Source of the DNA: an uncultured virus (IMG/VR IMGVR_UViG_3300012274_000057)
Taxonomy: Duplodnaviria > Heunggongvirae > Uroviricota > Caudoviricetes
DNA: 64,000 bases
Virus record (IMG/VR): IMGVR_UViG_3300012274_000057
Span: 1-64,000 of that record
Reading direction: 5' to 3' (one strand)
In this document: piece after piece, positions 30,101-41,370 of the stretch
Layout of the letters: the number at the start of each line of letters is the position of its first letter
Position numbering within the stretch: position 1 is the stretch's first letter
Notes under the pieces: model-generated
The model's input: only the letters and a program-made list of their open reading frames with translations
The model's database searches: none
What the model was told of the DNA's origin: nothing
Position numbers and translations under genes: made by a program

Positions 30101-30868
30101 CTAAACAGTAATCATCATAGGTTGATGGTCATTAGAAGGCGATACATATGAACTTTCTAATTTATCTACAATCATTTCCCTTTTTTGGGCTTCTTGCTCT
30201 AATTCATTAAGTTTCAAATCTAAATTTCCAAATACAGTTTCACTGTTGTCAAAAAACTTTAAGTTATTATATAACATTTTTGCGACATCTGCTGTTGCTA
30301 ATTGTTCAAATGTTTCCATCTTAGTTGGTGATATAGTATTTAAATTTAATGCATGCTTAATAAAAACATCTATTTTAAATTCATTTATATTCATGGGAGC
30401 ACCTGTTGTATTGACTAATTTAACTCTATTGGGTTCTATAAAATCTATATATATACCATTGTTGAACAATGATGTTTGGTCTGATACTAATTGAGCTAAA
30501 CCTATATCTTCTAATGAAGCCATACTCGCATAGAAATCAATACTTCCATATAATTGGCTATTAAGACCTGCAGATGACATAGTAAATGGATCATCCCATG
30601 CTATATCTCTAACTCCTATAATTTCTATATCTCCACCAATTTTCTCTTCATCAATAAAAAAATAATCACCTTTTTTATCTGCATTAGTTAATGTTACTCT
30701 AACCTTATTAGGGAAATATCTACTAAAAGTATCTAATGTAAATAAATTAATAGTATTTACCCAAGGGTCTCCCTTCTTTATATTAGCTGGGAGATTTGGA
30801 TTTAATATTTGCATGCCTAAACTAATTTCTATTTTATCTAATAATTTAGTCATTCTATTACTAAACAT
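30101..30868 (-). CDS. Probable neck/head-tail adaptor protein (T4 gp13-like)
   Basis: LATA.VAK..Y.NLKFF......G.L.L....L..EA resembles the gp13 C-terminus; late promoter. Confidence 0.5.
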   Translation of the reverse strand: MFSNRMTKLLDKIEISLGMQILNPNLPANIKKGDPWVNTINLFTLDTFSRYFPNKVRVTLTNADKKGDYFFIDEEKIGGDIEIIGVRDIAWDDPFTMSSAGLNSQLYGSIDFYASMASLEDIGLAQLVSDQTSLFNNGIYIDFIEPNRVKLVNTTGAPMNINEFKIDVFIKHALNLNTISPTKMETFEQLATADVAKMLYNNLKFFDNSETVFGNLDLKLNELEQEAQKREMIVDKLESSYVSPSNDHQPMMITV

Positions 30869-30909
30869 CTAATCACGCCTTCCATATATTTATTATTAAA
30901 ATGTTAAAT

Positions 30910-30941
30910 TGTAAAAATTGTTAAATACAATTATATATTAT
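30910..30941 (+). promoter_or_regulatory. Early-type promoter TGTAAAA-N14-TTATATATTAT (representative site)
   Basis: Core also at 19878, 22639, 26050, 32483, 39477, 43942, 53755, 56392, 56777, 59750, 61054, 63898 (+) and 4545-55, 49520-30 (-). Confidence 0.8.
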
Positions 30942-30986
30942 AGTTATGTATAAATAATAAAACGTAAAATTTGGAGGTATAAAGTA

Positions 30987-31541
30987 ATGTGTAAATATAT
31001 GACAAAGCAATTTATATTAAAAGCAGACTCTAATGAACATGAAAAAGAACAAATAACTAACTACTTAAGAAATATGTTATCAAAACACGGTATTGAATCT
31101 AAAAAATTTCAAGATGGTTCTATTGCAGTAGATAAGAGTAATATTCGAAAAACTACAATAATATTAGGAGAAGTGAACAGTCCTAAATGTAATATAGAAA
31201 ATATAGAATCTATAATAAAATATAAAAAAGATAGTGTATTTCCAATAGCATATGATTCAGTTACTAATGAAAAGAAAGAAATTGTATGTATTAAGAAAAT
31301 AAATACTTGCGGTAAAATTATGATGTTTGGTTCTATTAAAGATGATAATAGTTTATTGGCATTTTATCATATATATGAAGCAAATAATAAATTAATCAAA
31401 TCTTCTTTTTGTGTATCCGAAGAAGATATTGATAATCATATTGATAATTCAGACGATAATAGCACCTACGTATTTGGAGTTCAAAAAAATATTCCACCAC
31501 TTGATGATTGTTTAGTTACTGATAACTATATTAAATATTAA
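30987..31541 (+). CDS. Hypothetical early protein
   Basis: 184 aa, early promoter at 30931, SD ggagg. Confidence 0.7.
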   Translation: MCKYMTKQFILKADSNEHEKEQITNYLRNMLSKHGIESKKFQDGSIAVDKSNIRKTTIILGEVNSPKCNIENIESIIKYKKDSVFPIAYDSVTNEKKEIVCIKKINTCGKIMMFGSIKDDNSLLAFYHIYEANNKLIKSSFCVSEEDIDNHIDNSDDNSTYVFGVQKNIPPLDDCLVTDNYIKY

Positions 31542-31581
31542 ATAAAACAGAGGAATCGCTATGTTCCTCTGTTTATTTTTT

Positions 31582-32415
31582 CTATTTACTACAATAATTC
31601 ATAATTTCGTCATGGATATATGATTCAAGGTTTACTACAAATAATGACCCTTCTTTAGTCATTAATTGTACTCTTCTTCCTTTATCCACTAAAGATACAT
31701 TTTCATACAACATTTCAAATGATTCCATAACTGTTTTTATATTAGCAGATTCAGATTTAATATAATCCATTATTTTTTCATTGGTAATAGGAGATATAAA
31801 TCCTGTATCGTTTTTATCTAATATTAATTGATTTCCATATTGAGTTCCAGCATTAGCAGATTCTGAAATATTTACCATTTTAGTCATATATGCTCTTTCA
31901 TGACTAGGGAATATAACTCTATCCCAAGTTATAATAGTTATATTTTCTACTTCTGCCCCTCTTCTTGTATTATTTATAGTACCTAATGCTCTTAGAGAAA
32001 ATGATGGTTTTGAACCATCCAATATTGCTTCATTAAAATCATCACCTATAGAACCAGGAGCACCTTTCACATGAGCCTTTATATCCGTTCCTTCTTTCCA
32101 ATATTTTATGATTTTACATGCTAAATTATTAGGATCTATAATTTGCTGTCTTGCTATGTCCTTAGACATTGGATGACCGTTTTCACTATACAAGTTTCCA
32201 GATTCTACAAGCTCTGTTAATCTTTTTGCTTTTAATCCTTTATCCATTTCGGGATCAGAATAAAATCTTCCGTTTCTATTTTTTACTTCAGTATCTTGAA
32301 GTATTGTTTCTATAACAGCTCTACCATCTCTATTAGATTGAGATACTATTTTGCCGTTAGGCTCAGCTGTAGCTGCAGTTTCACATATCATATATCCTAT
32401 ATTTTTACTGATCAT
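31582..32415 (-). CDS. Prohead core protease (T4 gp21-like)
   Basis: KNRNGRFY, ENGHP (catalytic His), SFSLRALG (catalytic Ser), WDRV..PS. Confidence 0.85.
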   Translation of the reverse strand: MISKNIGYMICETAATAEPNGKIVSQSNRDGRAVIETILQDTEVKNRNGRFYSDPEMDKGLKAKRLTELVESGNLYSENGHPMSKDIARQQIIDPNNLACKIIKYWKEGTDIKAHVKGAPGSIGDDFNEAILDGSKPSFSLRALGTINNTRRGAEVENITIITWDRVIFPSHERAYMTKMVNISESANAGTQYGNQLILDKNDTGFISPITNEKIMDYIKSESANIKTVMESFEMLYENVSLVDKGRRVQLMTKEGSLFVVNLESYIHDEIMNYCSK

Positions 32416-32499
32416 TTTATATCCTCCTTTAATAGTTCATATTCTTATTAAATTGTTAACTTGTAAAAGTATGTAATTTCAATTATATATTATATTAGT

Positions 32500-32551
32500 G
32501 TATAAAAAGTTTGTAAGTATCTTTTTATATATAATAAAAATATAAACTTAC
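32500..32551 (+). promoter_or_regulatory. Pseudoknot-like 5' leader, copy 2
   Basis: gtataaaaag-tttGTAAGTat-ctttttatat...aaACTTAC. Confidence 0.65.
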
Positions 32552-32569
32552 TAGGGGGAGTACTTAAAA

Positions 32570-33172
32570 ATGGAAAATAAAAAATATAATATTAAAATTG
32601 TAGAACAAAAAGAAATAGGTTTCGACAAAATAATAATCAATATAATTGATCCAAATTTAGTTAATAATCAAGAATTAAAAATGTCATTATTACATTGGGA
32701 TATTCAATATATTCATTATCAGGATAATCTTAAAATTAATATTTGTGACTCTGATAAACATAACGCCGATAATAATAAAATGGATAGATTACAAATAATA
32801 ACTCAAATTTTAAAAGATTATATACATGATGATGTAGATATAAAAGCTACAAAGAATTCACTAAGTAAAAATAGAAATAGGACGATTTATGATAAATGCT
32901 ATAATAGAATAACACGTACTGAATATAATATTTATGAAACTATGGAATTTGATGGTAGAATATATGCAAAAACTGATTATCCAGATTCAAAAGTAATGTC
33001 AATTCCTAACTGCTCTAATATTGCTACGGTATATTATTATCATGAAATATACTTAGATACAGATATTAACTCTAACACCCACGGAGAATTCATTCTGTCA
33101 TCTAAGATATTACCATATTCTAAAATCTTTTCAGCAAGAAATATGGAGTCTTTGTTTGACTTAGATTGTTAG
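32570..33172 (+). CDS. Hypothetical early protein with pseudoknot leader
   Basis: 200 aa, early promoter at 32483, SD gggggag. Confidence 0.7.
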   Translation: MENKKYNIKIVEQKEIGFDKIIINIIDPNLVNNQELKMSLLHWDIQYIHYQDNLKINICDSDKHNADNNKMDRLQIITQILKDYIHDDVDIKATKNSLSKNRNRTIYDKCYNRITRTEYNIYETMEFDGRIYAKTDYPDSKVMSIPNCSNIATVYYYHEIYLDTDINSNTHGEFILSSKILPYSKIFSARNMESLFDLDC

Positions 33173-33186
33173 AATATTATATAGAA

Positions 33187-33228
33187 AATAAAGGAGTCTC
33201 TCCCAAGAACGCTCCTTTATTTTTTTTT
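33187..33228 (+). terminator. Intrinsic terminator with an unusually large C-rich loop
   Basis: aaataaaggag-tctctcccaagaacg-ctcctttattt plus T tract. Confidence 0.7.
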
Positions 33229-33289
33229 CTATGTTCCTGCATAGTTTACACAGTTAACAATATATTAATTAAAAAATATTATAGAAAGG

Positions 33290-35491
33290 ATGAATAATAT
33301 GAATAAAATAACAATAATGGATATTAATAAAATCACACAATACTCTAATATAAAGTGTAATCAGCGTAATATTAATGAAAAGCAATGTCGAAAAGGATTA
33401 AGAACATTTATGGAAGCATATATAAAAAACTGGAAAATTGGTGATGAAGATTATTGCTTTCAAAATTTGACCAATACGTTGGAGGAATATACAACTAAAG
33501 TAAATCCATCAGAATCTAATAGAATCATTTCTTTTTTTGTTAACGAAGGTCTACCTATGGCTAAAAATTTCAAAACATGTAAAAAAATAATAGAGCAATC
33601 TAATATACCATCAAAAGAAAATGTTTTAGAAGCTTGTGATAAATATATTATATGTAGAAGAATTAAAAATAATCATGAAACATTAACGAATAGGTTCAAT
33701 GATATAGATAAATTTGTTAAGGAATATAGAATAAATGAAGATAATATACAAGATTGTATATACGAAATGTGTAATAATATAAATAAAACAAGAACGGCAA
33801 GTATAGATACTAAATATAATGTATGCTTAGAAAATATACTTTATTCTTTTCAAAAGAACAATATAAAGGTTAAACCCGAAACAGTATTAGAAACTGTCAC
33901 TGATTATTTTTTATCTAACCAATCATCTGAAAAGGAATTATCACTTATATCCAAAGTATTAAAAGAGAATAGATTATATAATTGTACCGAAAAAAATAGT
34001 TTGTCATATGTTACTGAATATAGTGCAAAAATTAATAAGGAAGATAATTTTCTTTTAGAAGGTGTTGCGTTTAATAGACAAACTGTTAAAGATATATTTA
34101 ATAATTTTAAATTAGAACCTATTAAGTCACCAGAAATTATTAATAAATTCATCGTAAAAATGTATATATTAGATGCTAAACAAGTTATAGATGAAACACC
34201 TAATTTCTTGGCTTGGTTTAGAAAATTTCTTGTATTTGGAACTTTAGGTATAAATTTATATCTTGGCTGTATAACTTATTTAGTTGATAAATTTATAGAA
34301 CTGCATATGCAAAGAAAAGATACAGAAAAAATGATTAGTAAATTTAAATCAGAAAAAGAAAAGGCTGAGAGTAAACTAAGCAAATTATCTAAAGATGAAG
34401 CTGATAGATGTAATAAATATATAAAAGAGTTAGAAAAGAATATAGATACATTAGAAATATATAAAGACTCATTATATTCTGATAAAGAATTAGCAGAGAT
34501 GAATGCTGATAAAGATGATTTTGATTTTAAATTAGAAAGCTTTATGTATGGTGAACCTGAAGGTGAATTTGATGATGAAATGAAATTAGATTTAGCATAT
34601 GTATTAACAGCATCTTTATCCGTAGAAGAATTTTTTGATAGTGATTTCGATGAAATAATGTCTATAGTAGATGAAGAAATAGATAGATTAGAATCTGGAG
34701 ATTTAGAAGAGTTATCTAGTTTTGCCAATAAGAATTCAGAAATTATTCCTCCAGAACAATTATCAAATATATTTTCTAATTATAAACAAGAATTAAATAC
34801 ACAGGAAAATAAAACACCAGAAACTTATCTTAAGTCATCAATTCTTCAGGAAGGTATATATAATTTATCTAATCGTAAAAAAAATATGGATATAAAAAAG
34901 AATAAAAAAGAATCTATTCTAGAAATCTATAAAGCTGCTCAATTATCCAAATTATTGCATGATTTTAAAAATGGAGATATCGTTACAGAGTCATCTTTTG
35001 GAACAACATTGAAAATGGCAGGACAGAGGTTAAAGAAATCTGCATTAAAACTTTCTGATAAAGAAAAAATATGGTCAAAGCAATTAGACAATTCTATTGA
35101 TAAAATGTATCAAAAAGTTGAAAAAGAATTGACTAATAAAAATAGAGAAGCAGTTATAAAAGGTTCTATAATACCATCCTTCTCATCTGCTATAAAGATA
35201 GTATTGGCTAGTGGTGCAGCAGGTGCTCTTATAAATCCAGTATTGAGTATTATTGGCGTGGTTGGTGGATTAGCAGTATCCAAAGCAGCTACCAAAAAAG
35301 AAAAGCAATTTATATTAGATGAAATCGAAATTCAATTAAGATTAGTTGATAAAAAGATCCAATTAGCCGAGAGTAATAATGATATGAAATCTCTTGAGCA
35401 ATTAATGAAAATTCAACAGAAATTAGAAAGAGAGAAAAGAAGAATTCGTTATAATATGAGAAATTATTATCCAATTACAAAAAATGACTAA
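33290..35491 (+). CDS. Probable internal head/virion protein
   Basis: 733 aa, late promoter at 33256, hydrophobic hairpins and coiled coils, next to the head genes. Confidence 0.55.
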   Translation: MNNMNKITIMDINKITQYSNIKCNQRNINEKQCRKGLRTFMEAYIKNWKIGDEDYCFQNLTNTLEEYTTKVNPSESNRIISFFVNEGLPMAKNFKTCKKIIEQSNIPSKENVLEACDKYIICRRIKNNHETLTNRFNDIDKFVKEYRINEDNIQDCIYEMCNNINKTRTASIDTKYNVCLENILYSFQKNNIKVKPETVLETVTDYFLSNQSSEKELSLISKVLKENRLYNCTEKNSLSYVTEYSAKINKEDNFLLEGVAFNRQTVKDIFNNFKLEPIKSPEIINKFIVKMYILDAKQVIDETPNFLAWFRKFLVFGTLGINLYLGCITYLVDKFIELHMQRKDTEKMISKFKSEKEKAESKLSKLSKDEADRCNKYIKELEKNIDTLEIYKDSLYSDKELAEMNADKDDFDFKLESFMYGEPEGEFDDEMKLDLAYVLTASLSVEEFFDSDFDEIMSIVDEEIDRLESGDLEELSSFANKNSEIIPPEQLSNIFSNYKQELNTQENKTPETYLKSSILQEGIYNLSNRKKNMDIKKNKKESILEIYKAAQLSKLLHDFKNGDIVTESSFGTTLKMAGQRLKKSALKLSDKEKIWSKQLDNSIDKMYQKVEKELTNKNREAVIKGSIIPSFSSAIKIVLASGAAGALINPVLSIIGVVGGLAVSKAATKKEKQFILDEIEIQLRLVDKKIQLAESNNDMKSLEQLMKIQQKLEREKRRIRYNMRNYYPITKND

Positions 35492-35551
35492 TAAAATATT
35501 ACTACTTATACCTATAGAATACTATCTATAGGTATAGGTTTTTATAAGGAG

Positions 35552-36415
35552 ATGAATAGAATGGGAATATATAATATAAGAGATTTTATATTAGAATTAA
35601 AAAGAACTAATCCAGAAACTGGTGAAGTTGAAGATACTAATGAAGGCGAAGAGCAATCTAATTATAATATTGTACCAGAAGTGGATGATAACGATGATGA
35701 AACAAACACTGAAGAAGATTCAGTAAAAAATGATGATAATGAGGAAAATTCATCAACGGATAATGAACCTAATGAATATACATTGGAAGATGACGGAGAT
35801 AATGAGAATTCCCAGATAGAAGGTGAGGAAGAACCAATAAAGCAGGAACCTGATAATAATACTGACACTGATGAACCTACTGATTATGATTTGAATACAG
35901 ATGAGGAAGAAAATGATTTAAGTGAAATACAACAAGATGATTCATCGGAAAATAGTAAAGGTGAGTCTGAAGATAATACAGAATACACTCTATCTGATGA
36001 TGGAGAAGAAAATCAGGATGGGGAAAATACTGATAGTACAGAAGGTATTGAAGATACTGTTAATAATGCTGATAATGAATTACAGCAACTAGAAGATGAT
36101 GTATTTAAAGATGTTTCTAATGCACAAAAAAATATTAGACAAGCAGAATTAAAGACTAACTATATAGAGATATTTAACACTATAGCTAATATCCTTACAA
36201 GAATGAATAATATATCAAGAACAGTGGAAAATGGTAAAATAATAGAATTTGTTTCTAAATCTTTAATGAAATTACAAGAATTGGTACAGTTTTATTTAAG
36301 CAATACATTTCAAACTAAAACGTATGTGGAGAATATGGTCACATATCAGGAATTTTTAATGGCATTAAAGAGCATAAATAAAATATTTGATGCAATTAAG
36401 GAGAAAAAGGAATAA
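35552..36415 (+). CDS. Highly acidic protein, possible scaffold
   Basis: D/E/N-rich disordered N-terminal two-thirds with a helical C-terminus, directly upstream of the putative capsid gene. Confidence 0.5.
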   Translation: MNRMGIYNIRDFILELKRTNPETGEVEDTNEGEEQSNYNIVPEVDDNDDETNTEEDSVKNDDNEENSSTDNEPNEYTLEDDGDNENSQIEGEEEPIKQEPDNNTDTDEPTDYDLNTDEEENDLSEIQQDDSSENSKGESEDNTEYTLSDDGEENQDGENTDSTEGIEDTVNNADNELQQLEDDVFKDVSNAQKNIRQAELKTNYIEIFNTIANILTRMNNISRTVENGKIIEFVSKSLMKLQELVQFYLSNTFQTKTYVENMVTYQEFLMALKSINKIFDAIKEKKE

Positions 36416-36512
36416 AAATAATTAAACTTATATTAATCAGTATGAACAATATAGTAAATAATATGATTAGTATTTAAAATTAATTTTTTAAAAATAGTTA
36501 GGAGGAATAAAA

Positions 36513-38228
36513 ATGCCAGTTATAGGTCAAAGAAAATCATTAGAAATAGGAAAAGGCTATGGTAAATCCCCTATGCATGGAGTTGCTGACTCTTTTAGGG
36601 AAATGGCACAAAATATATTACAAGAGAGTGGTGTTGACATATTTACTCAACCTGCTAATGTGATGCTAGAAAATGGTTCTAGAGAGACACTTAAAGATTT
36701 CTTTATAGAAAATTCTTGTGATCCAGAACAATTTAAAAATGATCCAGAAGGGTTTAACGACCATTTAGAAATGATGGAAGAGCAATTTTTAAACGATAGA
36801 GAAGCTGTATTAGAGTATTCTAGCGTTGGTAGCTTTAACCCAGTTATAGGAATGACATTCCCACTTCATAAAAATATTCTTATGAATAATGTATTCGATA
36901 AAGGTGCAATCCAAAAAATGGTTGCTAAAAGTCCTAAGTTTACATTAAGTATGGAAACTAGAATTCTTACTAAACCAGATGGAACTGAAATAGATATGTG
37001 GAAGAACCAAATGGATATGACAGATGCTATAGATTCTACAGCTCCAGTAACTGAGGTAGAATTAACTCTTCCTGAGTTAGGTACTACAGATATATTAGCA
37101 GCTATAAGTGCTTCTTCATTAGATAATTTATCTATAGAGACAAGCATTTCTGCAGTACAAGTTGAAACTAAATATTTAGCAGGAGAAACTAAACCAGATG
37201 GTACTCAAGCTACAGGTGAAGAAATAATAGATATATGGGTTCCAGTTGATATTCGTTTCACACCAGGATATGGTGATGATGATAAGAGATCATTCGTTGA
37301 ATCTTTATCATTAGCTTCAGTTGCAAAATTAAATGTTGCAGGAAGTAAACCAGAAGATAAAATAGAATTTATTTCTGGTCATATGTTAAAAAATAAAATT
37401 GTTATTCAAGTTGCTAAAGGAATAGTAAAAAAAGCTAAATTAAGAACAAGAAAAGATACTTCAAATGGTATGCTTCAAACTTGTTCAGTAAAATGGAAAA
37501 CAAAGACAGATATAGTAGAAATTCCATCAGCAATTCCAATAAATACACCAGTATCCCCAGAAGAAGTAAAAGATGTTGGTGCATTATACAATGTTAACCA
37601 ATTAACTAAAATCATGTCTATGATTAACGATGTTATGGGTAACTATAAAGACGATAAAATTAATAGAGGATTAAACGAATCATTCTTAAGATTAGATAGT
37701 TCTCAAAAGATTAGTGGTCAATTTGACTTCGCACCAAGAGAAGGATATGCTCTTGATCATGTTGAATGGAGACATAAAACATTCTTTGATGCGTTAGATA
37801 CACATGTAACTAACTTAATCCAAGTATTAAATGATCCAAACATGACTATAACTATATTCGGAAGACCTGACTTAATCAGAAAGGTTACTCCAACAGAGTA
37901 CACATATCAATCTCCTCAATCTATAGGACCAGTTGATATTGAGTTTACTAAAACAGTTGTAAACGCTTCTGATAAGAGAGTTTACCAATTCATTAGTTCT
38001 CAAAAACTTAAGAACAGCGATGAGTTAACTATAATTCTTAATCCAAGAAATACTGAAAGAATTATATACAGAATATACGATTACCAAATGTACGTTTCTA
38101 ATGAAATCAGAAATGCTGCACAATACACATTACCAGCAGTTCATGCATTCGAGAGATGGAAATTCGTAGAATATCAACCAGTACAAGGAAGAATTAAAAT
38201 CCTTAACCCAAGTGGTTTGAAGGCATAA
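36513..38228 (+). CDS. Probable major capsid protein
   Basis: 571 aa, late promoter at 36445, strong SD, codon usage suggesting high expression (frequent ttc/aac/atc/gac), possible propeptide ending near AVLE, close to the protease; no diagnostic motif verified. Confidence 0.6.
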   Translation: MPVIGQRKSLEIGKGYGKSPMHGVADSFREMAQNILQESGVDIFTQPANVMLENGSRETLKDFFIENSCDPEQFKNDPEGFNDHLEMMEEQFLNDREAVLEYSSVGSFNPVIGMTFPLHKNILMNNVFDKGAIQKMVAKSPKFTLSMETRILTKPDGTEIDMWKNQMDMTDAIDSTAPVTEVELTLPELGTTDILAAISASSLDNLSIETSISAVQVETKYLAGETKPDGTQATGEEIIDIWVPVDIRFTPGYGDDDKRSFVESLSLASVAKLNVAGSKPEDKIEFISGHMLKNKIVIQVAKGIVKKAKLRTRKDTSNGMLQTCSVKWKTKTDIVEIPSAIPINTPVSPEEVKDVGALYNVNQLTKIMSMINDVMGNYKDDKINRGLNESFLRLDSSQKISGQFDFAPREGYALDHVEWRHKTFFDALDTHVTNLIQVLNDPNMTITIFGRPDLIRKVTPTEYTYQSPQSIGPVDIEFTKTVVNASDKRVYQFISSQKLKNSDELTIILNPRNTERIIYRIYDYQMYVSNEIRNAAQYTLPAVHAFERWKFVEYQPVQGRIKILNPSGLKA

Positions 38229-38303
38229 TAATATAACATTTAAATAAGTCTACAGTCTAATAGACTGTAGACTATATTTTTTATTTTTTTAGGAGGTATA
38301 GAA

Positions 38304-39461
38304 ATGAATTATATAAATTATAATTTTGAAGGTTTAATAACTAGTATGTTTAATTTAAAACAAGATCAGTCACCACGAACATTAAACCAAATTAAATATG
38401 AACTTAATAAATTCTTTAAAGATTCTAAATGCTTAGATGTTATATTTACTAGAAATACCGATAAATTATTTTTCGGTATGTGTGTAATGCCAGTTGTAAA
38501 AGAAGATGATGTGATGGAAATTATGACTGGAGATAATAAATTAAGAATTAATAGTTATTATTTGGAAATAGATTCTAAGATTTTAGATCCTATATTAAAT
38601 TTATCAGCTAATGAATTGACTGCTACTATACTACATGAAGTAGGTCATATAGTAAATGATGCCACACCAGTTGAAGAAGTAAGAAATGGGCTTGCTTCAT
38701 ATTTGGCTACTAATGATGAAGCATTAATATTGTCTTCCGCTATACAATATCAACAAATATTAGCTTATGGTATAAAAGATTCTTTAAGAAAAGTAACTTC
38801 TATGTTTTCAAGAAGGGATGTTGAAATTATAGCAGATGAATTTGTAGTTAGATGTGATTTTGGAAACGAATTGGAATCTGCTTATAGTAAAATAGTAAAA
38901 TATGCGGGAAGAATAAATAGGGATGTTTCTAATAAATTTATTGTTTTGCAATATGTATTAAGAGTATATAAAAATGTAAAAATGAGAAGGATAAATGCAA
39001 TTGCCGCATTAAATAAAGGTAAAGCGTCAACCGCATCTGTATTAGAAAAAAGAGAAATTGATAATATGATTAGAAGATTAAAACAAATAGATGATGACAC
39101 ACTTATAGGTGAAAGCGTTAGTATATTTAAAAAAGCTAGCGAATCATTTAAAAAGATGAAATATAAAGGTATGAGAGCTTTAGAAGATGACTTATATGAA
39201 TATAATTTAAGAGCTAAGAACGTGGACGAACAAGATGAAGCTCTTATAATTATAAGACAATTAAATACAAGAATAGCTATGATAGACGATTTTATAAAAA
39301 CAGAAGAACAGCTTAATGAGAAAGATAAAGAAAGATGGGGTAAATTATTAGATAAATATATTCTATTGAGAGAGGATATATCTAAAAAGTCTACTTATAC
39401 TGAAAAATATTATGGATTATTTGTACAAACTCCGATCATAAAATCAAGGTATGAAGTTTAG
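38304..39461 (+). CDS. Zincin-like (HExxH) virion protein
   Basis: ELTATILHEVGH with downstream EIIADEF. Confidence 0.65.
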   Translation: MNYINYNFEGLITSMFNLKQDQSPRTLNQIKYELNKFFKDSKCLDVIFTRNTDKLFFGMCVMPVVKEDDVMEIMTGDNKLRINSYYLEIDSKILDPILNLSANELTATILHEVGHIVNDATPVEEVRNGLASYLATNDEALILSSAIQYQQILAYGIKDSLRKVTSMFSRRDVEIIADEFVVRCDFGNELESAYSKIVKYAGRINRDVSNKFIVLQYVLRVYKNVKMRRINAIAALNKGKASTASVLEKREIDNMIRRLKQIDDDTLIGESVSIFKKASESFKKMKYKGMRALEDDLYEYNLRAKNVDEQDEALIIIRQLNTRIAMIDDFIKTEEQLNEKDKERWGKLLDKYILLREDISKKSTYTEKYYGLFVQTPIIKSRYEV

Positions 39462-39555
39462 AAAATATTTATATGATTATATATTATAATGATGAGTATG
39501 TAGTTAATTACATACTCATTAACTTTTTAATAATAATATAAGGGAGTGGTTATTT

Positions 39556-39786
39556 ATGGATGAAAATAAGATACAATTACAACATTCTTTACAGTCAATA
39601 TCAGATAGCATGCTAAATATTTTTAATAATTTGAAAGAAAAACTTATGACATTATTTATTGCTGATTATTTATGTTTTGAAAATAAAACCTTTAGGAGAT
39701 TATCATACATTTATAATACAACAAAAAATAAAAGAATTAGAAAAAAAGTTTATAAGAGAATGCAGAAAATTATTATGTTAGGTTAA
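39556..39786 (+). CDS. Small basic early protein
   Basis: 76 aa, early promoter at 39477, SD agggag, TKNKRIRKK. Confidence 0.65.
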   Translation: MDENKIQLQHSLQSISDSMLNIFNNLKEKLMTLFIADYLCFENKTFRRLSYIYNTTKNKRIRKKVYKRMQKIIMLG

Positions 39787-39859
39787 TTTTTACCAGACTC
39801 TAAACATATCTATAATAATATAATGAGGCACAAAGTGCAATTTTAAGGAGGAATTTATA

Positions 39860-40633
39860 ATGGCATTAGGAGATTCTTATAACAATAATCAAGAAAAGGG
39901 AAAATATAAACCAACGGTTTATTCAGATTATAGAATGAGCAATACAAACTCATCTATAGATTCAACAAGATTATCACCAACATTTTATAACAAAATGTTA
40001 AAAATAGCTATAGAGCCTAAAGTAGAAACAAATAACGAACAAGTGGAATGGGATTCTAAGAATGCAGTTACTGCATATCTAACTCATACAAAGGCAAGAC
40101 TACTATATAATCAAATTTGTGAATTTCAAACAAATCCAACACAATGTGCTAATAGAGGAGTTCCAACAGGTTCTGGATTGATTAGTATATCAAATGGAGT
40201 AGAGTTTGGAGTTAGTTCACCATGCTTAGTAATAAGAAGATTAAATGTAGAAGATGGTAAGGTTGAGACTTCAGCAGCATATGAATTTAAAGCACAATAC
40301 CATTTTGCTATAACAAATTTTGATGAAAAAACAGGTAGATACGATCAATTATATGATGATAATATAGAATTAGAACAATTTAAATCATTATTATTGTCTT
40401 ATTTTGAGTCAATGACTGGTGCTGTGGCTTATTCAATTATAGATCATCAAAGCTATGCTAATGACAGAATGAATGGAAAAATAGATTCTATATGTGAAAA
40501 ATTAGGTGTTGAAACTAATAAAGGAAAATATAGTAACAAATCTTCTAGTTCTTATTTTAATAATAATCAAAATAAGGGTTCATCAAATTTTAAAAATTCA
40601 ACTATAGATGATATAGAAAATGAAATAGGCTAA
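39860..40633 (+). CDS. Hypothetical protein, possible ssDNA-binding protein
   Basis: Beta-rich core, N/S-rich linker and acidic tail DDIENEIG; function is a guess. Confidence 0.4.
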   Translation: MALGDSYNNNQEKGKYKPTVYSDYRMSNTNSSIDSTRLSPTFYNKMLKIAIEPKVETNNEQVEWDSKNAVTAYLTHTKARLLYNQICEFQTNPTQCANRGVPTGSGLISISNGVEFGVSSPCLVIRRLNVEDGKVETSAAYEFKAQYHFAITNFDEKTGRYDQLYDDNIELEQFKSLLLSYFESMTGAVAYSIIDHQSYANDRMNGKIDSICEKLGVETNKGKYSNKSSSSYFNNNQNKGSSNFKNSTIDDIENEIG

Positions 40634-40688
40634 TTCTTAAAACCAGATATATTAATTTATATCTGGTTTATTTTTTGGAGGTTAGATT

Positions 40689-41354
40689 ATGGGAGACACA
40701 TTAAATCATATATTAGTAGATTTTAATATGATAGTAAATACAGATATCGGTCTTATATATACTATAAAAGATGAATATAATCAACAAGTTTTTTTTGAAC
40801 AATTTATATTTAATATTAGCGAAAAAGAATTAATTGGGGAATTATTAAATATGGAATCAATAAATCCAATAAATATGTTTATTAAACCTAAAGATGAAGG
40901 ATTGGCAGATAAAATAAGAAATCAATTTTTAGAAAAAGAGTATGATAAAATATTAAATAAATCTATTCATACTGATATAAAAAATATTATGGAATTATAT
41001 CTCACATCTGGGTTAGTATTTATAGATATACTGTGTAGAAATAAACAAGAAGAACAATTAATTAAATCGATAAATAGTAAATTCAACACTATAATAGTAA
41101 ATGACTATAAAGAAGTAAATATTGATAACTATAGTGCTATATATATTAAAGATTTTAGACAAATATTAAATTTTAATCCTATAAAAGGTAAGACTATTTA
41201 TATAGCAAATTGCAAATTTAATTTAGAAGAAAATAAAAATAAACGCATAATACCTCTTAGTGAGGTGAGTATATTATTAGCCGATGTTAATAAGATGTGT
41301 GTTATAGACCTATATGAAAAACAAAATTATATAATCATACAAGGAAATTATTAA
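40689..41354 (+). CDS. Hypothetical protein, possibly degenerate HAD-like fold
   Basis: N-terminal ILVDFNMIVNTD loosely resembles HAD motif I. Confidence 0.4.
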   Translation: MGDTLNHILVDFNMIVNTDIGLIYTIKDEYNQQVFFEQFIFNISEKELIGELLNMESINPINMFIKPKDEGLADKIRNQFLEKEYDKILNKSIHTDIKNIMELYLTSGLVFIDILCRNKQEEQLIKSINSKFNTIIVNDYKEVNIDNYSAIYIKDFRQILNFNPIKGKTIYIANCKFNLEENKNKRIIPLSEVSILLADVNKMCVIDLYEKQNYIIIQGNY

Positions 41355-41370
41355 AGGGGGAAATTAAATT

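Noticed and set aside
32500..32551. preQ1-I riboswitch
   Set aside because: Similar topology, but the ligand-binding loop consensus is absent and there are no queuosine genes downstream
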